Below, one piece after another: positions 12,756 to 25,066 of a stretch of DNA of 64,000 bases. The stretch is from the NCBI GenBank assembly GCA_951406725.2, contig OX597815.1:75082001-75146000 (forward strand), written 5' to 3'. Made by a program: the position numbers and the translations under genes. How positions within the stretch are numbered: the first letter of the stretch is position 1; each line of letters begins with the position of its first letter. A model generated the notes under the pieces. That model was not told the origin of the DNA and searched no databases. It saw only the letters and a list, made by a program, of their open reading frames with translations. Origin of the DNA: Octopus vulgaris (Eukaryota).

Positions 12756-13110
12756 TGCTTTCCAACCACATGGTTCCGGGTTCAGTCCCACTGCGTGGCA
12801 CCTTGGGCAATTGTCTACTATAGCCTCGGGCCGACCATGGCCTAGTGAGTGGATTTGGTAGACGGAAACTGAAAGACGCCCGTCGTGTATATATTTATAT
12901 ATATGTGTGTGTGTGTGTGTTTGTCCACCCACTATCACTTGACAACCGATGCTGGTGTGTTTACGTCTTTGTAAACTAGCAGTCCGGCAAAAGGCACCGA
13001 TAGAATAAGTACTAGACTTACAAAGTATAAGTCCTGGGGTCCATTTGTTTGACTAAAAAAGACGGTGCTCCAGCATGGTCGCAGTCAAAGGAGAAACAAA
13101 TAAAAGAATA
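12755..13110 (+). mobile_element. Type B tRNA/CORE-like SINE (probably an octopus OR-type family)
   Basis: ccaaccacatggttccgggttcagtccc head, caccttgggcaa CORE-like motif, internal (TA/TG)n, tail ccagcatgg..gcagtcaaa..gaaacaa. Confidence 0.88.
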
Positions 13111-13989
13111 AAAGTATGTATAACCTCTCTAACTCTCTATCTGTCTGTCTGTCGCTGTCTCTCTCACTCTTTCTCTCTCTCTATGTATATATATATATAT
13201 ATATGTATTTGTGTGTGTGTCTGTGTGTGTGTTTGTGTGCGTTTGTGTGTATGTGCGTTTGTGAGTGTGTGTGTGTGTATGTGTGTTTGTTTGTTGGTGT
13301 GTATGTGTGTGTGTGTGCGTCTATCTAATTTCTTCACAATTCTGTCTCGTGAGTCGCTACTCGGAGTTTATCTTTGGCGGACATCTCTGAAGACCAAGAA
13401 TAAGAAACTCCGCCTGAGCTGCAGAAATTACTCTGAATAAATAAATAAATATAATTATTCCACTCTTGAGTACTTTGTGTGTGCGCATGCGTGTATTTGT
13501 ATACGTGTGTATCCAATTGTGCTTCTGTACACAAATATATTCATATGCACACCGACAACGCGCACACATACACAACTGTTTGTAGCTAAATACAGTATCA
13601 TAGAAATTGTGCCAATCACATCATTGGGAAACGCCCTGTCCAACATCACCCAGCTGAAAGATAAATAAATATTAACTCCCGCCATAGTTGAATAGTTGAC
13701 GGGAAGGTGTTTTGTAAAGGTGTCATACGTATATACACAAATCTAACACACATACAGAGACGCGCTCTCTCTCTCTTCCTCTCATACACACGTACACACA
13801 CCCACAAGTACACAGTAGCACACATACACATACACACATACAAACACATAAACTCAAATAGATATACATATAAAGATAGAACCGTCAGTCTGAGGAAAGA
13901 AAGAGAACGCACGCACAAAACAGAAAACATATACACACATATAGACGTAGGTAGAATCATATAGATATAAGACTAAATAGACGTACACG

Positions 13990-14027
<38 letters not shown>

Positions 14028-14451
14028 CACACACAAAGATGCAAGTAAAAGATATAAGCACATATGGACAAATATAAACCATGTAAATATATACATACAC
14101 ACACAAAAAAGCATATACACACACACATATGTACATATTGAATTATATAGGTACAGGAGCAAATAAGACACAGATACAAATACATACACGCATACATATA
14201 TAAATATACCTATGTAGAAGAGTTATATTCAGAGAGACAAGAAAACTTACGCACACATAAAAATACAGAGTGTTTATAGACAGAATGTTATTGAAAGGTG
14301 GTGCACCAGCATGGCCGCAGTCAAAATGACTGAAACAAGTAAAAGAATACGCACACACACACAAATACACACACACGTGTTTAGAAACACTTTTATAGAC
14401 TCAGAACCAAATAAAACAGCACACACGCGCACTCATACATATTTGCATGCA

Positions 14452-14772
14452 TCACACACACACATACATACATACATACATACATACATACATACATACA
14501 TACATACATACATACATACATACATACATACATACATACATACATTCATATATACATACATACATACATACATACATACATTCATACATACATACATTCA
14601 TACATTCATACATACATTCATACATATATACATACATTCATACATACATACATTCATACATACATACATTCATACATTCATACATACATACATACATACA
14701 TACATACATACATACATACATACATACATACATACATACATACATACATACATACATACATACATACATGCA
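14452..14772. repeat. (TACA/TTCA)n microsatellite
   Basis: Directly visible. Confidence 0.95.
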
Positions 14773-15385
14773 TAGAATCACTTATAGACAAAGATTTAGA
14801 CCTATATACGCACATACACATATACATATGGAATTACATAAATAGAGACGCAAATAAAACAAAACATACACGCACATACACACGCTTAATACAAACAGAG
14901 AGAGAGAAGGTGGGAGAGAGGGAGAGAGAGACAGACAGACAGAGACAGAGAACACATCATTTATATAGAGAATATACAGACGGAAGTAAATGCGCTCACG
15001 CACAAATGCGCACACAAATATATACATACATACATAAAGAATCATAGACACATAAATAAATAAAATAACGCATACGCACATCTACGCACGCGCATACACA
15101 TATACATAACCATACTCACATAAACGCACCGATAACGAAACAAAACAAAACATACATTGCAGACATATATAAACGCACACGTATATAAAAATACATAGAC
15201 GCACACGTCTACGTGTACACAACAACATTTAATCATTGGAAGCTGGTGGGCGTGGTTTGTCTGTGAACTCGCGACACAGCGTCACATTCTCCCGTTATTA
15301 TGTTTGCCAGACTAAGAGTGTGTAAATTACGTACTTATGAATGGGTGGAGAGGTACAGCCGTACTCTCACACACCTATAATAACA

Positions 15386-15422
<37 letters not shown>

Positions 15423-15646
15423 ACGCATACACACACGCACGCATGCAGAGACTCACAACACATACACATAAATTTATATATGTATTTATATGTGTTTATA
15501 TGCATATACACCTACAATTTATATTTATTTACACGCACACAATATATATATACATATATATGTATATATGTATATATATATATGTGTGTATACACACACA
15601 CACACACATATATATATATGTATATATAAGTGGATGTGTATATATG

Positions 15647-15694
<48 letters not shown>

Positions 15695-15986
15695 GTATGT
15701 GTATATATACATACATATATACATGTATATATGTATGTATATATACACATACACCCTTATATATATATATGTATATATATATATATAAGGGTGTATATGT
15801 ATATATATATGCATATACATATGTATATACATATGTATATATATATATGTGTGTGTATATATATATATATACATATAAATGTGCGTGTAGTGAGAGAGAG
15901 GGAGAAAAAAGAGAGTCATATGCATGCATGCATACAAACATTAAAACTTAGGTGAATAGATATAGCTCTATAGATACATGGATAAA

Positions 15987-16037
<51 letters not shown>

Positions 16038-16199
16038 GTGTGTGTGTGTGTGTGTTTGTGTGTGTGTATTTACATAAATAAATTGACATATAAACTTATG
16101 ATTAAGTCTTGCAGACACAAATATTTGAGTATATAGAAATTACACAGACAAAGGTACCCCCACAACGTCCACACATAAACACACATATGTATATATATG

Positions 16200-16248
<49 letters not shown>

Positions 16249-16480
16249 TATGTATGTGTGTGTATGTATGTATGTGTGTATGTGTGTGTGTGTATGTGTG
16301 TGTGCGTGTGCGTACACCCACACACACCACGCACTCTTATAAACATATATCTATGTATCTAATTATATATATAAATCTTAATGTTTGTATGAGTATGTGT
16401 GTGTACGTGCAAGTGAGTGTGTGTGTGTGTGTATATATACATATATATCCATACACACACTCATACATATATTTATGTAA

Positions 16481-16518
<38 letters not shown>

Positions 16519-16534
16519 GTATACATACATATAC

Positions 16535-16569
<35 letters not shown>

Positions 16570-16846
16570 AATGCATAGTTCTATATATCAATATCTATAT
16601 ATACATCTCTCCCTCTCTCTCTCTCTCAATATATATATATATATATTTGTATATGTTAACTATACATATATATAGGCAGTCAAACATTAAATTGTTGGAT
16701 CACACAATACTTTTCAGTAAAATAACATTAAAGTTTTACAAAGAAAATGTTGACAGCGATTTCGAAGGTTTGGCTTCTGTGTGCGCATACCTATATACAT
16801 ATATGTCTCTCCCGCCTCGTCGCCCCCATTCTCTCACTCATATGGA

Positions 16847-16883
<37 letters not shown>

Positions 16884-16894
16884 TAAATATGTGA

Positions 16895-17094
16895 CCGCGT
16901 GTGTATCGTTGGCGATTTTATTTTCCTCTGTCTTCCCTTCCTTGGATCTTTCCTTCTGTTTCTGACGAAGAGCTCCGCTCGAAACGTTAAATCCTCCTTC
17001 TTCCTTTCCTTTCCTGAGCGTCCAGTAACACTATACTTGTTCCACTATACTTGTTCCTCGTGTTGTTGTGTTTTCTCTTTGTTCATGTTTGGAT

Positions 17095-17098
<4 letters not shown>
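16895..17098 (+). mobile_element. Probable Penelope-like element terminal-repeat fragment containing a hammerhead motif
   Basis: Pyrimidine-rich segment between microsatellites carrying a minimal HHR; such motifs are established in PLE terminal repeats. Confidence 0.5.
16958..16992 (+). ncRNA. Minimal type I hammerhead ribozyme motif
   Basis: gttt-CTGACGA-a-GAGC tcc GCTC-GAAA-c-GTT-aaat: conserved core, 4-bp stem II, palindromic AACGTT in place of stem III, and stem I gttt/aaat. Confidence 0.7.
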
Positions 17099-17152
<54 letters not shown>

Positions 17153-17233
17153 CATGTATGTATGTATGTATGTATGTATGTATGTATGTATGTATGTATG
17201 TATACGGAATCTTGCAACACAAATTCATAAACG

Positions 17234-17274
<41 letters not shown>

Positions 17275-17306
17275 TACATACATACATACATACGTGTGTA
17301 TTTATA

Positions 17307-18060
17307 GGCACAGTCGAGGCATTGTGGTAAGAAGCTTGCTTCCCAACGACGTGGTTCCGGGTTCAGTCCTACTGGTAATACTTTGGGCAAGTATTTTCTA
17401 CGTCGACTAAAGCCTTGTGAGTGGATTTGGTAGACGGAAAATATTTATTTATAGGTATGTGTTTTTCAGTCTGTTTGTCTCTTCAACCGATGTTGGTGTG
17501 TTTATGTCTCTGTAACTGAACTGTTCGGCCCCCCAAAAAAAACCCGATAAAGAAAGTACTAGACTTACTGGGGACGATTCCTTCGACTATAAAACCCTTT
17601 AAGGTGGTGCTCCAGCATGGTTTCAGTGAAATGACTAAAACATGTATGTATGTATGTGCGTTTGTAAGCATGTATGTATGTATGTATGTATGTATGTATG
17701 TGCGTGAGTGTACGTGTGTGTGTCGTGACTGTGGTAAGAAGCTTGCTTTCCAACCACATGGTTCCGGGTCAAGTCTCACTGCGATGCATTTGGGCCGACT
17801 AAAGCCTTGAGAGTGGGTTTGATAGACTGAAAGAAGCTTGTCGCATGTGTGTACGTGTGTTAGTGTTTGTGCCCGTGTTTCTCCCTCATCTCCGCTTTTC
17901 AACCGGTGTAGTTATGTTTACGTCCCCGTAGCGGTTTTGGTAAACGAGATCGATAGAATAAGTATCTGCATTAAAAAAATAATAATAAGTACTGGGGTCA
18001 TTTGTTCGATTAGAATTCTTCAAAGTGGTGACCCGGTAGGACTGCAGTCTAAACATAAAA
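17307..18060 (+). mobile_element. Two degenerate type B SINE copies
   Basis: tgtggtaagaagcttgctt..caac..ggttccggg heads near 17320 and 17730. Confidence 0.82.
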
Positions 18061-18080
18061 CAATATATACTTGCGCACGC

Positions 18081-18131
<51 letters not shown>

Positions 18132-18492
18132 CACACACACAGACGAATACATAGATTCACACTCACAAATATATATATATGGATGGGTGAGAAACTAGAT
18201 ATTCAATAAGAAACTCACTCGCATAATGTGTGTGTGTGTGTGTGTGTGTATGTGTGTGCGCGTGTGTGTGTGTGTGTGTATGTGTGTGTGTGTGTGTGTT
18301 TGGGTTTGTGTGTCTATTATATTTACAAGTATCACGATGCAGAAAACTTGGTTGAAGTAATTCTTATACAGCAATGCTTTTTTTTCTTACTAAAAATCTT
18401 ACTAACATTAGTCCAATCATATCCTCAATCACATTCATAGACTTTATTTATTGATATTCTATCAAAATACCATTATTATTAATAATATTATT

Positions 18493-18705
18493 AAGGCGGC
18501 GAGCTGGCAGACTCGTTAGCCCGCTGGGAAAATGCTTTGCAGTATTTCGTCTGTCGCTACTTTCTGAGTTCAAATTCCGCCGAAGTCGACATTACCTTGT
18601 ATCCTTTCGGGTCGATAAATTAAGTGTCAGTGAAATATTGGAATCGATGTAATCGACTAGTCCCCTCTCACCAAATTTTAGGCTTTGTGCCTATTGTAGA
18701 AATGA
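18493..18705 (+). mobile_element. Type A SINE
   Basis: aaggcggcgagctggcagactcgttagc head and full core. Confidence 0.9.
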
Positions 18706-18711
18706 TTGTTC

Positions 18712-19602
18712 CAGGGGAGACTCTGGGCACGAACTGGCTGGTCTGTTCCAGAGGACTTTCCGGTCGGGAACTATCATGGATAATTTCCAGATATCCTTGG
18801 CCTGGCAGTGCTACCGGGTAGCACTACCTATTCGAGATAAACTTTAAGGGCACGGATGTGCTGTCAGACGGACTTGTTCGAGGTGTGCGCAGAGTGACGA
18901 AACCGTTTTGCACATTCTCGCTTAGTGTCTGGGCATTGCTGACTTGTGGGGTTATGTTGCACAGCTGCTGTCACGTATGTGACACTTCCGTCTGTCGGCC
19001 GAGTCTGTAATGATGACCGCCGCCCTCCTTCGATCAGGTAGGCAAGGCAGTTTTCCTTTTCCTGGTGGCTGTGGTGAAAGAGGTCGTTTGGTGGTCAAGG
19101 TTGAAAGGCATGAGGACAGATACATTCCTCTTTCGTAGAGCTCTTATTGGCTTTTTCAAGTTTCACTTGAAAAGGAGATTGAAAGTGGAGAGGGAGGTGC
19201 TGTCCTCTAGTGAGTTTATTGAAAGGTGGGTAAAAGTTGCAAAAATAGCAAGAGTGAATGGTACCTCTCTAAGTGTAGACCTGTGAGTCGGAGAGAAGGA
19301 ATTGGAGAGGACACTTGCTCCCAGGGTTTCGGGGAAATCTCGGACAGTGGGATTCCTCGATTATCCCCAGAAGCCTTCCTGTATCAGAAGGGCCACATCT
19401 CTATCATCCTCCCCGCCATTTTCCTTTTTTTAACCTTTGTATGTTATGTATATGTCCCTTCGTTTTCAGTGTATACCGTGTATACTTCTTTCTTTCCTTT
19501 GTTTTTTCTTATCATATTATTATATGTAAACCCTCAAACTTTATGTCTGTCTCTGTATTGTCCACCTCATCCTTCACTCTTGTGGCAAATAAATGAAATC
19601 AT
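18712..19602 (+). mobile_element. 5'-truncated L1/Tx1-like LINE (ORF2 C-terminus plus 3' UTR), copy 1
   Basis: Degenerate FQRTFRSGTIMDNFQISLAWQCYR...CSRCAQSDETVLH...AVVKEVVWWSRLKG...FFKFHLKRRLKVER, then a T-rich UTR and AATAAA. Confidence 0.8.
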
Positions 19603-20756
19603 TTCTGTGGAGGGGGCGTGTTCCAATGGTCAGGCTGTCAACAGCCGCTGAATGGAGGGCTGGGCATGCTGTGGTTACTGATGCGCAGACATGCACTGAG
19701 GTTGCAGCATCTCCAGCGTTTCCTTGACAGTGAGCAGGTATGGTCAACGTTTGTAAGACACGCTTTTCCACAGCTCGTCTGTTTAACTGACATGCAATCC
19801 TGGATTAGGCGTAGACCGAGGAGGGGCGCTTGGCACCTCAAGTACGGTCAAGCGCTCACAGCCTTCCGCCAAGCGAGCAATGCGGTCAGTGGTAGTTCTA
19901 CTCCAGCGTTCTATAAAGGGCTACTGAAGGGAAAGTGCGACGACGTTCTCGGGGAAATTCTGGGCGTCGATGAAGATCAACTAACCGGTCTGTTTCGCAG
20001 AACTTTCGGGCCTAGGCCTATGGATAACTTCCAGAAATCCCTTGCCTGGCAGTGCTACCGAGGGGCGCTGTCTGTTCAGGATAAACTTTACAGGCACGGA
20101 AGTGCCGTCAGCCGGGCCTGCCCGAGGTGCGCCCAGAACTATGAAATTGTTCTGCGCGCCCTAGTCCAGCGCCCGAGTATTGCTGACTTGTGGATTTATG
20201 TCGAGCAACTGCTGACGGATCCGGTTATCAGCTGAATCCATTGTGAAGATTGCCCCGCCACCCTCTTTTGGCTGGGAGGGGCAGGCAATTTTTATTTGTC
20301 TAGTGGCTGTAGCGAAAGCGGTAGTATGGTGGACTCGTTTGAAAGGATTAAAGACAGATACTTTCCTCTTTGGCCAAGCCCTCATCAACTTTTTCGAGTT
20401 TCCCTTGAAAAGGAAGTTGAATGTAGAGAGGGAAGTGTTGCCTTGTAGCAAGTTTGTTGAAAGGTGAGTGAATGTTGGAAGAATGGCCAGTGTGAAAGGA
20501 CCAATTCTGAGCGTGCACCAGTAAACAAAAGGAGAAGGGCTCTTGCCCTGTTGTTCCGGCACCCATGGCTTTTGAAGGTTTTCCCACGAGGTACTTAAAG
20601 CGCTTCACCTATTGGGAGTTTTAAATTGTTTAATTTTTAATTGTTATTTATATTGTTTACACATTGTAAAACATTGTATCATTCTGTTTTTGTCTTTTAT
20701 GATGTGTCTTCTAATGTAATTATATTTGAGCCCTTGTAGCCAATAAAAGAATGAAT

Positions 20757-20757
<1 letters not shown>
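19603..20757 (+). mobile_element. 5'-truncated L1/Tx1-like LINE, copy 2
   Basis: ORF 19618-20235 (GGLGMLWL..RRHALRL; CPRC zinc-knuckle region) and frameshifted ORF 20243-20467 (AKAVVWWTR), then AATAAA and a (TAC)n/(TAT)n tract. Confidence 0.85.
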
Positions 20758-20846
<89 letters not shown>

Positions 20847-20852
<6 letters not shown>

Positions 20853-21032
20853 CCACTGGGTAATTTGCAAAAGCTTGGACTTGCCCCATGATAAAAGCTG
20901 GTGGGAACACAAATCACCTCCAGTGCTTGAAAATGATCACATCTCACTCCTCTGGAACTTCACCATTCAAACTGACAGAAAGATAGATGCGAATAGGCCA
21001 AACATCATATTGAAAGACTTCAGACAAAAATC
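20847..21032 (+). mobile_element. R4/Dong-like RLE LINE fragment
   Basis: IHWVICKSLDLPHDKSWWEHK..VLEND..LLWNFTIQTDRKIDANRPNII; same family as 59207-59955. Confidence 0.85.
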
Positions 21033-21034
21033 AT

Positions 21035-21245
21035 GCGGCCAGCTGGCAGAATCATTAGCACGCCGGGCAAAATGCATAGCGGTATTTCGCCCGTCGCTAC
21101 GTTCTGAGTTCAAATTCCGCCGAGGTGGACTTTGCCTTTCATCCTTTCGGGGCCGATAAATTAAGTACCAGTTAAGTGCTGGGGTCGGTGTAATCGATTA
21201 TACCACTCCTCTCAATTTCAGGCTTTGTACCTATAGTAGAAAGGA
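21035..21245 (+). mobile_element. Type A SINE
   Basis: agctggcagaatcattagcacgccgggc...gcctttcatcctttcgggg. Confidence 0.9.
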
Positions 21246-21270
21246 TTATTATTATTATTGTTATTATTAT

Positions 21271-21551
21271 TATGTCTGGCCTATTCACATCTATCTTTCT
21301 GTCAGTTTGAATGGTGAAGTTCCAGAGGAGTGAGATGTGGTCATTTTCAAGCACTAGAGGTGATTTGTGTTCCCGCCAGTTTTTATCATGGGGCAACTCC
21401 AGGCTTTTGCAAATTACCCAGTGAATATATTGTGCAGCTCTATCATGCCTGTTGAGATACTCTGTAGGCGCTAGAAGATTGCACTTGGAGACAACATGAT
21501 CAATTGTTTCATTTTGTTGTTGACATACACGACATGTTGGGCTACTGCCGT
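21271..21551 (-). mobile_element. R4/Dong-like RLE LINE fragment with CCHC finger
   Basis: CRVCQQQNETIDHVVSKC...YLNRHDRAAQYIHW...NRPDII in ORF 21172-21729. Confidence 0.88.
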
Positions 21552-21565
21552 AATTATTTATATTA

Positions 21566-22120
21566 TTGAGTGAGAGAGCAGTGCATGCCATCAAAGTGAC
21601 ACTGGAGTACAAATATACGAAGCCCAGTATACCCATCATGACTACCCGTCTGATAAGGGTACACCAGGCACATGCATCACAACCATATGTGCGCGACATA
21701 GTGATCTCATAACAAGATAAACAGCGCATGACCTTGCGGGTGGGGCCCAGTTAGAATTTTCTTCTGGTTGGGTAACCCATCCCACTCAAAAGGTCCCTGA
21801 ATAAGGGTTGTTTAAGGATGTTGAATGAAACACCCATGTTTCCAGAGGTGAATCATTCAAACCCCAAAGAATCCCTCTCAACACATGGCTATGATGCTCC
21901 CCCACTAGTGCTCGTGATCAGAGATGCACATATCGTCAGCCACTAAGGAACATGCTCAACTGGTTAAGGTCAAACAACTGACAAGCAAATCTGTGGTATT
22001 GAGCAGAATATTTGCTGTAGCCCATCTTTTATACCAAGACAAAAACAATGTACATGATAACACTTCCAGTCAGTTAAGATCAGAAGCCATGAGAGCCGCT
22101 GCCTGGTACTGCATCAGGGC

Positions 22121-22122
<2 letters not shown>
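21566..22122 (-). mobile_element. Unclassified non-coding interspersed repeat flanked by TAA-type repeats, copy 1
   Basis: About 555 bp, with a clearly homologous copy at 22914-23409. No credible ORF. Orientation inferred from the (TAA)n-like tail. Confidence 0.7.
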
Positions 22123-22166
<44 letters not shown>

Positions 22167-22168
<2 letters not shown>

Positions 22169-22635
22169 GGCGGCAAGCTGGCAGAAATATTGGCACGCTG
22201 GACGAAATGCTTAGCGGCATTTCGCCCGTCACTACGTTTCGAGTTGAAATTCCGCCGAGGTCGAATTTGCCTTCATCCTTTCGGGATCGATAAATTAAGA
22301 ACCAGGGAAACACTGGGGTTGATGTAATCGACTTGCCCCCTTCCCCCAAATTTCAGGCCTCGTGCCTATTGTTAAAAGGATTATTATTATTATTATTATT
22401 ATTATTATTGAAGGCGGCGAACTGGCAGAATCGTTAGTGTGCCGGGCAAAATGCTTAGCGGTATTTCGTCCTCCCTTACGTCCTAAATTCAAATTCCGCC
22501 GAGGTCCCCTTTGCCTTTCGTATTTTGGGGGTCAAGAAAATAAGTACCAGTTGATCATTGTGATCGCTGATCACTGGCGTCATGTAATCAACTATCTCCT
22601 CCTTCAACATTTCAGGCCTTGTGACTATAGTAGAA
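22167..22635 (+). mobile_element. Two type A SINE copies separated by (TTA)n
   Basis: aaggcggc heads near 22167 and 22411. Confidence 0.87.
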
Positions 22636-22681
22636 ATTATTATTATTATTATTATTATTATTATCATCATTATTATTATTA

Positions 22682-22712
<31 letters not shown>

Positions 22713-22723
22713 CATTATTATTA

Positions 22724-22790
<67 letters not shown>

Positions 22791-22842
22791 TATCATCATT
22801 ATCATTATTATTATTATCATCATTATCATTATTATTATTATC

Positions 22843-22912
<70 letters not shown>
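22636..22912. repeat. (ATT/ATC)n microsatellite
   Basis: Directly visible. Confidence 0.97.
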
Positions 22913-22913
<1 letters not shown>

Positions 22914-22914
<1 letters not shown>

Positions 22915-23409
22915 AAGCGAGAGAGCAGCGCATGCCATCAAAGTGACAGTGGGGTAAAATATACGAAGCCCAATTTATCCATCATGATTATTCTTCAGGT
23001 AAGTGTACACAAGTAGCGCAACCATATATGCATGACATTGTGATCTGTTATCAAGATTAACAGCACATGATCTTGCAGATGGAGCCTAGTTAGAACTTTC
23101 TTCAGGTTGAGTAGCCCATCCCACTTAAAAGTTCCCGAATAAGAGTTGTTTAGGGATGATGAACGAAACATCCATGTTTCCAGGAGTGAATTATTCAAAC
23201 TCCAAAGAACCCTTCTCAGCACCTGGCTAAGATGCTTCCGACTACTCTTGCTCGCGATCAGAGATGCACATATTGTCAGCCACTAATGGACATGCTCAAG
23301 TAAATCTGTGGTATTGAGCCGAAAATTTGCTATCGCCCATCTTTGGCACCGAGACAAAATATGTACATGATGACATTTCCAATCAGTTGAGATAGAAGTC
23401 ATGAGAACC
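22914..23409 (-). mobile_element. Unclassified non-coding interspersed repeat, copy 2 (truncated)
   Basis: gagagagcag.gcatgccatcaaagtgaca...gtgttattgagc-type blocks shared with 21566-22122. Confidence 0.7.
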
Positions 23410-23705
23410 ACGCAGCTAGCTGATATACACAGCTGACACATACGACCACATATTCGAGCACGCGAGTACTCACGCGTGGCTGATACGAAAACACGTCCAT
23501 AAGTGCATACTTCCATAAAAACACGCACTTGCACATCAAAGAGGTAACGCCATCGGCTCTCACTCACACGCCAGCTTACACACATGCCCATACACACACA
23601 CACACACACACACACGTTTATAGGAGAAGGGACTAGTCGATTACACCGACCTCAGTGTTTCACTGGTACTTAATTTATCGACACCGAAAGGATGAAAGAC
23701 AAAGT
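23410..23705. repeat. Inverted duplicate of 26653-26942
   Basis: Near-identical reverse complement; the same peptide appears in ORFs 23283-23615(-) and 26743-27066(+). Confidence 0.92.
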
Positions 23706-23825
23706 AGTGGTGATATTAAAAACTGTATTTAATATTATACCAGAATGTGGTCAACATGAATGGCAAGGGTGAACGTGTATATATATTTATTTTTTGCATA
23801 ATGAAGGTGTAATGAAGGTAGTGCG

Positions 23826-24134
23826 TGGAAGTACATAGCCAAGTGATTAGAGCAGCGGACACGCGGTCGAGGGATCGCGGGTTCGAAACTCAGACCGGGC
23901 GATGTGTGTGTTTATGAGCGAAACACCTAAGCTTCATGCAGTTCCGACAGAAGATAATGGCGAACTTCTGCTGACTCTTTTGCCACAACTTTCTCTCACT
24001 CTTTCCTCCTACATCCAGCGACTCACTTGCGACTGACCGGCGTTCCGTCCAGGTGGGGGACCTATACACCAATGAAATCGGGAAACCGGCCTTTATGAGC
24101 CTGGCATGGCTGGAGAAGAAACGAACAACAAACA
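23826..24134 (+). mobile_element. tRNA-derived SINE, type D
   Basis: A-box-like tagccaagtga, B-box gggttcgaaac, and a (CAA)-rich tail. Confidence 0.75.
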
Positions 24135-24253
24135 ATGAAAGTGATGCAACACTAGTTTTGGACGTAATGGCTAAAATATATTAAAACAAGGAAATTACAT
24201 ATATAATGAGACTACAATTGTGTGTGTGTGCATAGATATATATGTATGTACGT

Positions 24254-24313
<60 letters not shown>

Positions 24314-24340
24314 GTGTGTGTATATATATATATATATATA

Positions 24341-24780
24341 TGATGACGGATACTCTTGTGAACGACAAATGAGGGTTCAGTTAAATAAAGCGTTAATCAT
24401 GTTCTATAGACACAAATGTGTCTCTTGAGGCCTGCTGGTGCTTTGCAAAGCTTTTGGCGAATGGGCCAAGTTGAGGACTCAGTTTACTTGAGTACTTGTA
24501 GATCATTTACTATGTGTTTTTTTTTTAGTGAACGGCAAGACTTGCTTTGCTTCGTGTTACAAAACCACAACGACAGGTAAGGTTTCCATTTAGAGGAGCA
24601 TGCCTTCATACGTGTACGAAGTTGGTTCCAATGCTGGAGTCCAGTTTGCTCAAATCTTTGAACTGAGGAGAAGCAGGGCTGGATCCAGGTTCTGCATTCT
24701 GATGCTTTGTTTTCCCAGAAAGAAAAGGGAATGTGGCATCGCTTCAGATTGTCTTTTAAGTTGTCTTTGAAGCGCAAGAC
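24341..24780 (-). mobile_element. RTE-clade LINE 3' end
   Basis: VLRFKDNLKDNLKRCHI...WENKASECRTW...VQRFEQ, later [12 protein letters not shown], followed by a short 3' UTR. Confidence 0.8.
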
Positions 24781-24995
24781 GCTTTTCATATGCGATGCTT
24801 GTGTACTATCTCCAACATAAAACTGAGTGACCATATTCATAACAGTGAGGTACTACAAAATGCAGTATATCAGGTATTGAAGCCATCCTCATCAAAATAT
24901 CGTTTAGATTGGTCAGGTCATCTCTCGCGCATGAGTAATATCAGAATTCGGAAGCAATTTCTCTTTGGCCAATTCTCTACGGGATGGTCAGCTGG

Positions 24996-24999
<4 letters not shown>
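24778..24999 (+). mobile_element. Inverted upstream segment of the same RTE LINE
   Basis: DAFHMRCLCTISNIKLSDHIHNSEVLQ...[28 protein letters not shown] is the typical RTE post-RT motif. Confidence 0.82.

Positions 25000-25066
<67 letters not shown>

Noticed and set aside
19618-20235. 205-aa ORF as a host gene
   Set aside because: It is a frameshifted LINE ORF2 fragment with two paralogous decayed copies in the window.
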